A program made the position numbers and the translations under genes. A stretch of 34,481 nucleotides of DNA from the NCBI GenBank assembly GCA_002189035.1, contig NEEC01000090.1, positions 1 through 34,481 of the forward strand. The letters are read 5' to 3'. The notes under the pieces were generated by a model that searched no databases, had not been told where the DNA came from, and saw nothing but the letters and a program-made list of their open reading frames with translations. The DNA comes from Utricularia gibba. Lineage: Eukaryota > Plantae > Magnoliophyta. The number at the start of each line of letters is the position of its first letter. The stretch's first letter is position 1. Of the stretch, positions 12,655 to 23,633 are shown piece after piece.

Positions 12655-12930
12655 AGATTTTGCAACTCCAACACTATATAAGAAGCTAGGGTGATGCGAA
12701 TTGCAATTAAACCTTGTATCATAAATGGCGGAAAATGAAAGCTATATCATGACGGGAGAATTATTCAACTGCCCGATTTGATGCGAGGGCCCCATGAGGG
12801 AGGCCATCTTCTCGTTAAGAGATTTATATTTTTTATTTAGCACAATTATGAACTAATAATTTTTATTTTGAAAGTGTGGCGAGAGCTACATACTATGTGA
12901 TGCCTCCTCACTCTCGCAGTTAGACCTCAA
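12655..12930 (+). pseudogene. SINA-like RING gene copy 4a (ATG 12725)
   Basis: Reads MAENESYIMTGELFNCPI*CEGPMREAIFS with an in-frame TGA at 12779-12781. The donor is mutated to TTAAG. Exon 2 from 12875 reads CGESYILCDAS. The family TATA module is at 12675-12681. Confidence 0.85.
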
Positions 12931-12970
12931 AGTAATAATGTATGGATATTATTGAAATCTTAGAGAACAA

Positions 12971-13309
12971 AATCACGGAATTCAAGACAACGGCAGTGAT
13001 GAGGTGGCCCTAGGACAACAACATGGTACAATGGAAACCTATTTTAAAGTGATGCAGGGTAGAACTAACTTAGGTGGAGAGTATTCTGTAGGCTACGGTA
13101 CACAACCACTTGGAAGGTCCAAGCATCCGAATCAATACCAGGTAAGGCGGCGTTTTGAGGACCTTCCAGGTGCTCGTATTCCGTACCCTACAGAATACTC
13201 TCCAGCTCAGTTTGTTCGACCTCACATAACTTCAAAATAGGTTTCCATTGTACTAGGTTGTTGTTGCTATGGCCACCTCACCAGTGCCGTCGTCTTGAAT
13301 TCCATGATT
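12971..13309. repeat. Non-SINA inverted repeat (arms 12971-13120 and 13159-13309, 38-nt loop)
   Basis: Hand alignment gives about 24 differences over ~150 nt. Examples: GTACAATGGAAACCTATTTT and TGGAGAGTATTCTGTAGG are mirrored. Confidence 0.9.
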
Positions 13310-13311
13310 CT

Positions 13312-16300
13312 TGATGAGATCATGGATGCTACTGATTATTCCAATGAAGACAAAGGACACAAGATCAATAATTTTCCATTGATTTCAGTAGGGCCAATCA
13401 CTAGATCAAGAGCAAGAATGAATCAAGAATTGCTTAAGACCTTATGGGCCAATCACCCAAGCTATGAGATGTTTGGGATGGAATTCAACATTATCAAAGT
13501 GGATCAACTTGATTAGAGAAGGCCTATTACGACCAAATACATTATTATGACTACTTTGCCTCCAATAAGGCCCAATCCTTCAACTATATAAGAAGGGCCT
13601 TACTCTTGTTTTGGACAACTTTAATTGTAATCACTTTTGAGAGCAAATTCTCCTTCCTTGAGTTCTTGTACAACTTAGACTTATCAAGCTTTGCTTGTGG
13701 TGTCTAGTGTGTGGTTTATCACTCCCAATTTCTTCATTAATTCTGTGAGTGTGGTACCATTTCATAGTTTGGGTTGCAAGGATCTTTCAATCCTTGAGGG
13801 CCAACTTCTTTTTCTTGACGGATTGTTTCTTTTCAACCAAGATCTGGTTTGCCAATCATTTGTTGATTGGAGGGTCGTATCAGGTGGTATCAGAGCCAAT
13901 CTTTCTCTTCTTCATCTCTTATTTATCTTGTTTTTGTTTCGTTCTTAGAAAGAAAAAAAAAAACCAGAAACTAGTCCAGATCTATATTGATTTGGTTATC
14001 TTGTCTTTTGCTCATCTCTTCTTCTGAAAAGAAGAACCAAGGGGGGTTTCTTATCTTTGTTTCTTCCATCCTTTTCTTCTGGATTGCTGCAAAAAAAAAA
14101 AAAAAACGTGTTGAAGGGAGAAAGAAAGTTAGTAGCTGAATTTTCAACTTTTCACACATAAGAAAAGTCAAAAAAAGAAGTTAGTCATTTGAATCCATTG
14201 AATCTTCTCTTTACCAAAAAAAAGAAAAGTCAATATTGTACAACTTTGTCTATTGTCCTACTTCTATTTCATTTTAACTCTTTTCAATTGTCTACCTACC
14301 TCTTTTGGTGTTAATCACAAAAAGTTACACTCTATCTTTCCATTCCTACTCTTACTTAACCATTATTACTATTACCATCACCAAGTCTTATATTGTTCGC
14401 TTTCTTTATCCCACTCATTACTCTAGCCACCCTTATCTCTTTAAACCACACTTAGATGGATTTTTTAAGGTTTATTGAGTCTTAAAGTTAAAGAGGACTT
14501 GAGGTTTGGAAATTCTTTCTTTCTTCATTTACTTCTATCTTTCTGTCGTTGTACTCTTTCCTTCTTTTTGTCTACACTTTTCTCTTGTAGTAGGATGTCG
14601 AGCTCTAATAACCCTGCAGAAGAATCAAATGTTATGGATGTTCGTTTTGTACTTAATGCAATGCAAAGTGAGTTCAGGAGATTACAAAGATGCATGGAAC
14701 AAATCCACGTCAAACTAGAGGACCATGATGAATCTCTCAAGAACATCAAAAAGCAAGAAGAGGACAGTGTCTTCCATGGAAGAACAAGAGTTCCAACACA
14801 CCATAGCAGAAGGAATTCTCAACAAGAAAAAGATTTGGAATCTGAGGCTCAAGAGGCAAAGCATGGTGAACAAAGGAGAAACAATGACAACATCCCTGAT
14901 GAGTATGATTCATCTAGTGGTGATGATACAGAACGAAGATGTCAAAGAAATTGGAGGCCAATTCGTGGTGTGAGATATGATGAAAGACCCAGGGGTAGAC
15001 ACACACGTGAATACAAGGAATTTGATAACATCAAGATGAAAATCCCTTCTTTTCAAGGGAAAAACGATCCAAATGCCTACTTGGAATGGGAGACTCGTGT
15101 GGAGCATGTGTTTGATTGTCACAACTATTCTGCAGTCAAGAAGATCAAGCTTGTTGTTGTTGAGTTTACAGATTATGCCATAACTTGGTGGGATAAAGTA
15201 GTACTCAACAGAAGACGAAATGATGAAGAACCAATTCGCACTTGGGCTGAAATGAAGAGGATCATGAGAAAAAGGTTCATTCCCAGCCATTACCAAAGAG
15301 ATCAACACCAAAACTTGCAGAAGCTCACCCAAGGGAGCAAAACCGTGGAAGAATATTGGCAAGAAATGGAGGTGTTAATGATTCGAGCCAATATAATAGA
15401 TGATAGGGAAGCTACAATAGCAAGATTCCTCTATGGTTTAAACAAGAAAATCTCTCAAGTGGTCCAGTTGCAACACTATGTGGAGATTGAAGACATGTTG
15501 CATGTTGCAATAAAGATTGAAAAGCAACTAAAGTCTAAGGGACAACATAGAGACCATCCAAAACCTTCTACCTCGTGGAATGTTGCTGGAAGTAAGGAGA
15601 AGAAACCAAATTATCCTTCATTTGGGAAATCAACCAAGTTTGGACCGATGAAAGAGGGCACTTCAGATACTCGAAACCAGGAAAGAGTATTTAAGTCTTC
15701 TGGACCAACACGAAATATCAAGTGTTTCAAATGTCTTGGCCATGGTCATATTGCTTCGGAATGCCCAAACAAGAGGACCATGATTCTAAGGGACTCTGGA
15801 GACGTTGAATCTGATGTTGAGTGTGAAAGTAGAAGTGAAGTACAGGAGATAGATGATGGGGAACAACAACCTGTCATTGGTGAAAGTTTGGTAACAAGAA
15901 GGACTTTAGCCATGGATGCTAAGTCAATGGAGGAGCAACGAGAAAACTTATTCCATACACGTTGCTTTGTGAATGGGAAAGTTTGTAGCCTAATAATCGA
16001 TGGAGGCAGTTGCGCAAGCGTTGCTAGTGTTCTCATGGTGGATAAACTTCATCTTCCTACTCTTAAACATCCAAATCCCTACAGGCTTCAATGGTTGAAC
16101 GAAGGGAGCGAAATAAAGATCACTAAACAAGTTCTTGTTGCTTTCCAAATTGGAAAGTATCAGGATGAGGTTCTTTGTGATGTAGTGCCCATGCATGCTG
16201 GACACATACTCTTGGAAGGCCGTGGCAATACGATAGGAAGGTGATCCATGATGGCTATACTAACAAGTATTCCTTTTCTATGAAAAGAAAACAAAATCAC

Positions 16301-16360
16301 ATTGGTGCCTTTATCTCCAAAATCACATTGATCCATGATGGCTATACTAACAAGTATTTG
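13312..16360 (+). mobile_element. Truncated Ty3/gypsy chromovirus, CRM-like: 5' LTR ~13312-13882, PBS 13885-13896, gag-protease from ATG 14595; no RT/RH/IN or 3' LTR
   Basis: LTR TGATG...TATCA followed by the tRNA-iMet PBS TGGTATCAGAGC. Gag (KIPSFQGKNDPNAYLEWE), zinc knuckle (CFKCLGHGHIASEC) and protease (LIIDGGS) are present. The LTR carries the GPITRSRAR motif typical of the CRM integrase tail. Confidence 0.9.
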
Positions 16361-17329
16361 ATTATATGTCCATGCACATTTATGTAAGCTAACAATATCT
16401 TTTTTTAGAGCCATTTTTGGGTTTAAAATAAAATTAGTTTTATATAAAACTCTTTACTAAACAAAAACTTATTAAAGTCATTTAAAACTTCTATGAAACA
16501 TACCCTAATGTCAATTCTTTTAAATCAAATTGATTTTTTAGTTTTTTTCCAAGCACCCGAAAAAAGGACAGAAACATCGCAAATTATTGGCACACATAAA
16601 CCCACCGTTCCTCTGACACCACGCGTAAATAATCTTGATGAATGTTTACAAATTCACGTATTTAAGAAAACGTGTGGATCAAATATCTATTCTTTTTAAA
16701 GTTGGGGATTTAACCTTTTAAGTGCAGCTACTAAGCCCAGACCAGGTAACGCAAGCCCAACCCACCTAAACACCCACTTTGAATTAGTGTTCTGATCGGT
16801 TTGAAATAAATACTTCATAAACCACAGTTCGATTTTAAATTCAATTTTGATTTTAATTTGAAACTGAAATTATAAATCTTGAATCGAACCCAAAGCAAAA
16901 TCGCAACCGAAACGCATGTTTTCGTTTCGAACCCCAATTTTAAATATTAATAATTAATTTAAAAATAAAAGTTATATTTTTCATAAATTTTTTTATGGAT
17001 GTCTAGAAACATTTCCAAAAATATCAAATTTTTTTTCAATGATTATTATGAATGCTTGAAAACACTATATTTTTTTAAAAAAATTTCAATCACCCAAAAT
17101 GACTTGTTTTGATGTCTGTAAATATCTCAAAAATATCTACTATGTTTCATGTATCCATAATATGTGGGTGTCTAAAAAACAATATTTTTTTATCCTTTTT
17201 TTCAGGCATCCATAGCTGTTCATAGGGTGACTTAAACCTTTATTGCTTCCAAAAATGATGAGCCGACATGAAACGGACAATTCTGATTTGTACAAAAAAA
17301 GTCAAAAAAGTCAGAATGCTTGAAAGATG

Positions 17330-17720
17330 CCCTAATTACCATCTTTGGCCATTGCACTGATACAAGGTTTAATTTCATCACCCCAGCTTCTTATATAGTG
17401 TTGGAGGAGCAAAATATATATTATGAAAAGTTAATATCTTTTGAACAACATTACAAAATTCACTATGATATGTTAATAATCTTGTAATATATACTTTGCA
17501 ATTACAATTTAACTAGGTACGTTACAAAACTCATATTGTTGTGCTAATAATTCTAGAAAAAGTTGTAATCTGTGTTTTGCAATTATAATTTAATTCAACG
17601 TATCACACAATTTCCATGATTGTTTAAAAATTACTATTTAATTCGTTTTACATGAGGAATTGTTCATGGTAAAAGTTATATTAAATTTTATTACTACACA
17701 ACATAAAATCATTAGATACA
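17330..17720 (-). pseudogene. SINA-like copy 4b: promoter and start codon (ATG 17352) only
   Basis: The reverse complement matches 12450-12730 (GCTCCTCCAACACTATATAAGAAGCTGGGGTGATG...AAACCTTGTATC). Coding homology stops after a few codons at a TAG. Confidence 0.7.
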
Positions 17721-18340
17721 ATTTATTTGTTCTTCATTTTCTCATACAGTAAGTACTACATAATATGGTTGGTTAACGTAAAATGAACCAAAATCATCTG
17801 AAACATAGCTAGCATTGAGATGTAAATATAAAGTATTAACTATAATTTATAATAATATACAGCATACATTATGTCTGAAATGTACAAAAGTTCGTCATAT
17901 ATTAACTATTACATGAAATGATTTATCGTATATAATTACAAATTTTAAATCAATGATGATTGAAAATTCAAACACGTATGTACGCAATATTATGCACTGC
18001 TTTTTTCTTATATTATGTCCTTTAGTGTTATCAAAATAATTTTTGGATATTTTTACTGATATCAGTTATTATTTATAGTCAAATATTCTCATATTTTCCC
18101 CCATGAATTGATTGCAAAAAATGATTCATTGAAAGAATTTTGAGAATATTATTTTAGAAAGAATAATTCATCTACTTATTTAAGAGACTCGTTACATAAC
18201 ACAAGCCAATATATTAAATCTCTTTGCTTCTCCAGGGTATATCATTATTATACATGATGTTGCCATATACTTTACATTTTATTATGATAAATTCTTGGTT
18301 TAACTAAATGATTCTTATAACACAATAAAATACATAGAGT

Positions 18341-18802
18341 AATTAATCTAATGATATGTTATTCAACACGCCTGGAGGAGGAGGACGACGAAGAGGGTCT
18401 TCCTCGAAAGTGGGCGACTGGATGAGCTGCCGAGACCTACAGCAAATCGGGCCTCCGCAGAAGGGACATAGTGACAATCGTTTTTTTTTTCAAATACAAT
18501 TCATGCAAGTAAAAAAAACAAAAAACTACTGAATAAATTAGACCCGTCATGGACCCATTGTAGATGATAATAGTGCCCTTGTATGCTACTATGGGTCTCG
18601 AATTTATTCAGAAAGTATTTTTTTTTTTACGTAATATGAATTTTATTTGGAAAGTCCTGTGTACTGTCACTATGCCCGGTTCTGGCGAGGCCGCCCGATT
18701 TACTTGGACACGGAGCGGGTCATCCAACGTCAACCGCTTTGGAGGAAGACCTCCTCGTCGTTCCCCTCCTCCAGACGTGTTGAATAAACAATTAGATTAA
18801 TT
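18341..18802. repeat. Inverted SINA-like intron/exon 2/3' end pair (arms ~18341-18545 and ~18591-18802)
   Basis: The minus arm encodes LCPFCGGPICCRSRQL. GAGGAAGACC...CCTCCAG(G/A)CGTGTTGAATAA and CTGAATAAATT..GACCC are mirrored. Confidence 0.85.
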
Positions 18803-18959
18803 CTTGTATGATTACTATATGTATTTTATCTGACCGCGTAAGTTAAACACAATAATTTTCAATTTCTTTTTCTTTCATCAATTAGTATTATAAAATTATA
18901 ATAATTTCCATGTAATATTTATTAATCTTGTTTTTGTTTATTAGGACGGCCCCGAGGCG

Positions 18960-19205
18960 CCTTTGTCTGTCCTCTATGATGTGCTCCATGTCACGGCACC
19001 TACAAGACAGTGGCCCACAACATTGTGGGCATCTTTCAAGTTTGTGGCCTTCCGCACACTTCCACAAACATACATATTCTTTCTGGAAGTGTCCGGAAGC
19101 CCACATTGTGTGTGACGCCACAAACTGGAAAGATACCCACACTGTTGTGGGCTACTGTACTGCACGTGCCGCCACGTAGAGCACCTCATACAGGACAGGC
19201 AGACG
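18960..19205. repeat. Inverted SINA-like exon 2 pair (arms ~18960-19062 and ~19083-19205)
   Basis: Minus arm: CAEGHKLERCPQCCGPLSCRCRDMEHII. Plus arm: CPEAHIVC, then a frameshift, then HKLERYPHCCGLLYCTCRHVEHLI. About 15 mismatches in 85 nt by hand. Confidence 0.9.
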
Positions 19206-20224
19206 GGTCATTTAGAAAAATGGACATCTTTCCCACCTATATTATAACATTTTTGAAATCTATTTTTATTTTTCAAAATTACTTTTAAAAAGTAGAAATA
19301 AAAAGTAAAATTAACTAACTCCTTACTTTTCCAAAAATAATTTTTGTAGTTATAATTTTAAAAGTGTTTTTGATAAAATTACTTTTCGAATTAAAAGTAT
19401 TCTAGAACAAAAATATTTTTATTTTTGAAAAATATAAATAAATTTTAAAAATTTTACAGAACACTGTTTAATTCAAAATTTTTACACATAAGTTTACCAC
19501 TTTTCTACAGTGACTACTTTTCTAAATCACTCCACGACAGACACGCTGCGGCAAAATGCGCCTCGCGACCCTCCTAATAAACAAAAACAAGACTGATAGT
19601 TTTATATTTATTATATTAAATTAACATATTTTGCAAGGCACCCCCGGCCCATCGACCTAGTGTTTGTTTAAAAGAATATTTTATAAAATAAATTATTTAA
19701 TTTTTAAATATTGATTTTAATCAACTAATTAATATAAATAAATAAATTAGTATAATTCTCATTGTCTATAAAACATGTAATGTGATTAATCAAAAATTAA
19801 TTAAAATCATCCAAAGACAAAAAGTATAAAAAATATTTATAGATAAATATTTAATTTTTTTATTTAAAAAATATGAAAACAAGACTGGTCAATTTTCTAC
19901 ATTGCATTTTATGGTCCTAAGCCCAATCAATACTGAGCATATGGGTGTCGGGCCGAAAAGCCCTATAGATTCTAGAATCGGGCCAGATCAGCCCATAGAT
20001 TCGACCTAAACTTTCATTTATACTAGCCATCCATCGTATTTGAAATCAGATGTATTGACCGTTGTACTCTTTATCAAAACCCTAGTGCAATCCTTATCTC
20101 AGTTGAAGGATTTTTTTGTCCATCCTCAACAGGTATTTAAACCGACCTAATCAGTAAAATTAATGTTTATGATTATTTATATACTACCTTTTCTGATATT
20201 GTTCCTTTTGTATTATAAAAATAT

Positions 20225-20950
20225 TTTTTTGATATTTTTACAGTCAAATATTCTCTGGATTTTCAATTGAATGCAAAAGATGATTCATTTACCTAACTTT
20301 GAGAATAGTATTTTAGAAAGAAGAATTCATCTACTTATTTAAGATATTCGTTTCATAATATAATGCATGTCAATCTATCAAATGTCCTTGCGGATCATCC
20401 TCTTTCAAGGGTTGGCATCATCTTCTTTCAATTAGCTGAATTTCTGGTGGAGATTAACGGTTATTATGCAAGAATGTGCCATTATTGTGCATTTTATTAT
20501 GATAATTTCTTGATTCAACTAAATGACTCTAATAACATGATAAAATGCAAACAGTAATTAATCTAATAAATAGGTTATTCAAATCGGGCGGGCCCGGGAG
20601 AAGGGGCATGGAGCGGGGTTTTTTTTAAAAAAAATATCCACTATGTTTTGATTATATTAGAAATTTAACTATTCTACGTGTATTTTTTTGTGCTTAATGT
20701 ATGAAAGAAATGAACAGTGAGTATTTTTTAAAAACACCCATGGAGCGGGTCATCCCAGTCAACCCCTTCCCAGGAAGACTTTTCTCATATTCCTCCTCCT
20801 CCATCAGATTAATTTTTGCATAATTAATTACTCAATTAGTATAAAAAATGATCACACAAATATTAACCTTACCGCCTAAGTTAAAACATAATTTTCAATT
20901 TCTTTTTCTTTCTTCAATTAGTATTTTAAAATTATAAGAATTTCCATAAT
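20225..20950. repeat. Direct, degenerate duplicate of ~18060-18915, including a decayed fold-back at ~20560-20810
   Basis: Shared strings AGTCAAATATTCTC, TTCATCTACTTATTTAAG, GTAATTAATCTAAT and AATTTTCAATTTCTTTTTCTTTC.TCAATTAGTATT. Confidence 0.8.
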
Positions 20951-21150
20951 CCCTCACACAATCCAATCAAAAATGATACTTTATACCATCCTATTTGTTG
21001 CCCATTCTACCCTCCATGAAAACCCTATTGCATCATATCTGAATGGGTATCATTCTCATCCGGTTTATACGGATTTATGTTATGATAATTAACTAATTTT
21101 ATTTACCACTGAAAATTAAATTCTCAGGTATATTATTTTACAAATACGAC

Positions 21151-21512
21151 TTAATCATTCTTTTGTTTGTCGGTGTCGGGGACTGGGGGAGGAGCCGGAT
21201 CTCCATCTCCATCTCCCTCGAGAATAGACCGAAATATCTTTTCCAGGTCTGAACACCTGCAACAGATTGGTCCCTTACAGATTGGGCATTTTACAATTTG
21301 TGGAAGCATGGCTCACACACAATAATCTCTCCTTCTCCGCACTGCATTCAATTTATTTTTTTTCTTAAAAATAAATATTGGTAATTAAAACAACAAATAA
21401 AATAAAACCAAAAAAAGGTTACCGAGAAGATGGGCCCTCTGATGGGGCCGACACCGCACGCCGAGCAATTAAAGAGGTGGGCAGGGACATAACATAGCTT
21501 CTTTTTCTCCAT
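21151..21512 (-). pseudogene. SINA-like RING copy 8 (exons 21512-21423 and 21341-21151) with one frameshift
   Basis: Reads MEKKKLCYVPAHLFNCSACGVGPIRGPIFS|CGEGEIIVCEPCFHKL, then TAA at 21293-21291. The shifted frame continues KCPICKGPICCRCSDLEKIF...KND*. The family promoter module is at ~21535-21580. Confidence 0.75.
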
Positions 21513-22959
21513 CTTGTTCATACGAGTTTTCATTTCACCAACAACTTATTATATATCGATGGAGGACCAAAATCTATGTTACGAAAATATGTGATTTACG
21601 GACAGGATTACGCTTTAATTAAGAACGCGCTATCATATTATAATAATTCTCGAAAATGACATTGCGATATTAACGGTGCGTATTGTAAAGTCAGGGGTCT
21701 GATTATGATATACTACATTAATTACAGATGAAGGAATTGATGTGGTTAAATAGAGAGATATTTTGAATCTTTTACTAAGGACTTTTTCTTAAAAAATAAT
21801 AACGTACAACTATAAAGATTTGATTTTTGAATTAAATAATATCATATAAAATAAGTATGAATCATTATGTTGATATCAGACTAAAATCTGGGTGTGTATC
21901 AATAGTGGGACAACAGAGAGAATTAAGTCTATGAGTATATTTCAATTATCACACATTGATTATAGATCGGTACGTGATTAATGAGTAAAAATTTTACTAA
22001 TCTTATATGAGACATTTTCTAAAAAAGATAAAAAAAAAACGTAAAATCATGAGGGTTGAATGGTCAATACACATAATATTGTGAAAAGTAATTGTAGTTG
22101 GTGACATGCATGGTGCAATATGTATCAATTTTGATTATTGGAGGGCAAAGACCCCCACCCCCTATTCCTTACCTCGGGCGAAGGCCCATAAAGAGGAGCC
22201 GGTCCAGGAAACGTATGGGCTTGTTCCATGGTGAACCCATTCCCCGGCCCAAAGCTTGAGATGAGACACCTCTTTGTAGAATAGAATGCATGATAATTTT
22301 TTTTATAATTTTTTAGAAATGTATTTAAAATTATAACATGGAAAGAGAATTAATGCAGCTCATGTCCCGATTATGCAATTTAAACAACAACCATTTTTAT
22401 GTATTAAAAAATAATCATTATTGATTTTTCAGAATTGTACAAAAGGTAGTCCTAACTGCCACGAACAAATCCGTACGGGTAAAAACCTAAAACAGCGGCC
22501 TGTCGCCCCCCGGATTCGCATTCTGGGGGATGGACGAAGATGCCACCCCACCCACCCAAGAAACGACACCGTTTCTGGAAGCATCGATGGCGGAGGACGA
22601 CGACACTGTTGGTTACAGTTCATTTACCCATGATATGATGATTCTTCGGCAAATGGTTTGGCGTATTTGTGTAATTAAGAAGATGTTGGGAGGGTAATTC
22701 CTTGAGGAAGTTCCGAATTCCCCTGCAACTTGCGCACCCCACTTGCTCGAAACCGCCTGACAATGGAAAAGCGAGGGCGAGAAACGCAGAAAAATCTTCA
22801 TGATGTTTGCTCTGCAACTATTCGGAGATATTTTCTCTTCTGCCGGTTCGTATACTTTGTCTGTTCTTCGTGAATCGCTCATAGGATTCATCGACTGTTT
22901 TCTTGTAGACGCTTTTCCCCAGGTTCCTCGGCCACAAATAAAGAAGAAGAAGCATAAGA

Positions 22960-23633
22960 ATGCCGTCTTCTCTGCAGATTCAGAGGATTAGCTCCAGGAG
23001 CCCTCGCTTCACGGACCGCCTGGATCTCATGTGGGTTTCTCCGATTTCCCCTGAAATTCCCCTGCCGGATGATGTTCGCCGCCGTCACACTCACCTGGTA
23101 CTGTCTGATTTCGTTTTGATTGATTTCCGCCTCATACGGGTAACCCTTTCTTAATCATGTGCCGTTTCTAGGTAATGGAAAACCAGTGCTGCTCCGCGGT
23201 GGTGCAGGCGATCGATGCCCCTATCGAGATCGTGTGGTCCTTGGTGCGACGATTCGACAACCCACAAGCGTACAAGCATTTTCTCAAAAGTTGCCGAGTG
23301 GTTCACGGCGGCGGGGAGGTGGGTACTGTAAGGGAGGTGACGGTCGTCTCCGGGTTGCCGGCGGGGAGGAGCACGGAGAAGCTGGAGATTCTGGATGATG
23401 AGAAGCATGTGATGAGTTTCAGAGTCGTCGGCGGCGATCACCGTCTCCGGAACTACCGGTCCATCACGACACTCCATGCGGCGGGAGCGGCCGCGACGGT
23501 GGTGGTGGAGTCGTATGAGGTGGATGTGCCGGAAGGGAATACGGTAGAGGAGACTCGTGCCTTTGCGGATACGATCGTGAGATGCAATTTGCAGTCGCTT
23601 GCTCAGATCTCTAGAAGTTTGCTCACAAATTGA
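22960..23633 (+). CDS. PYL4: PYR/PYL/RCAR ABA receptor, subfamily II (PYL4/5/6-like); exons 22960-23097 and 23172-23633, 199 aa
   Basis: Gate SGLPA, latch [20 protein letters not shown] and CNLQSL are present. The N-terminal [10 protein letters not shown]...RRHTHL joins VMENQCCS in frame through a 74-nt GT..AG intron. Assignment to a specific paralogue is approximate. Confidence 0.9.

Noticed and set aside
13203-13225. TGTTCGACCT resembles part of miR858, and the opposite strand reads GRT as in MYB R3
   Set aside because: Only ~10 nt match, and the surrounding translation lacks MYB DNEIKNYW.
16750-17330. AT-rich region with TCGGTT/AACCGA and repeated GATGTCT/GATGCCT/GAATGCTT motifs suggesting a non-autonomous DNA transposon
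   Set aside because: No defined TIRs or TSD, so boundaries cannot be supported.
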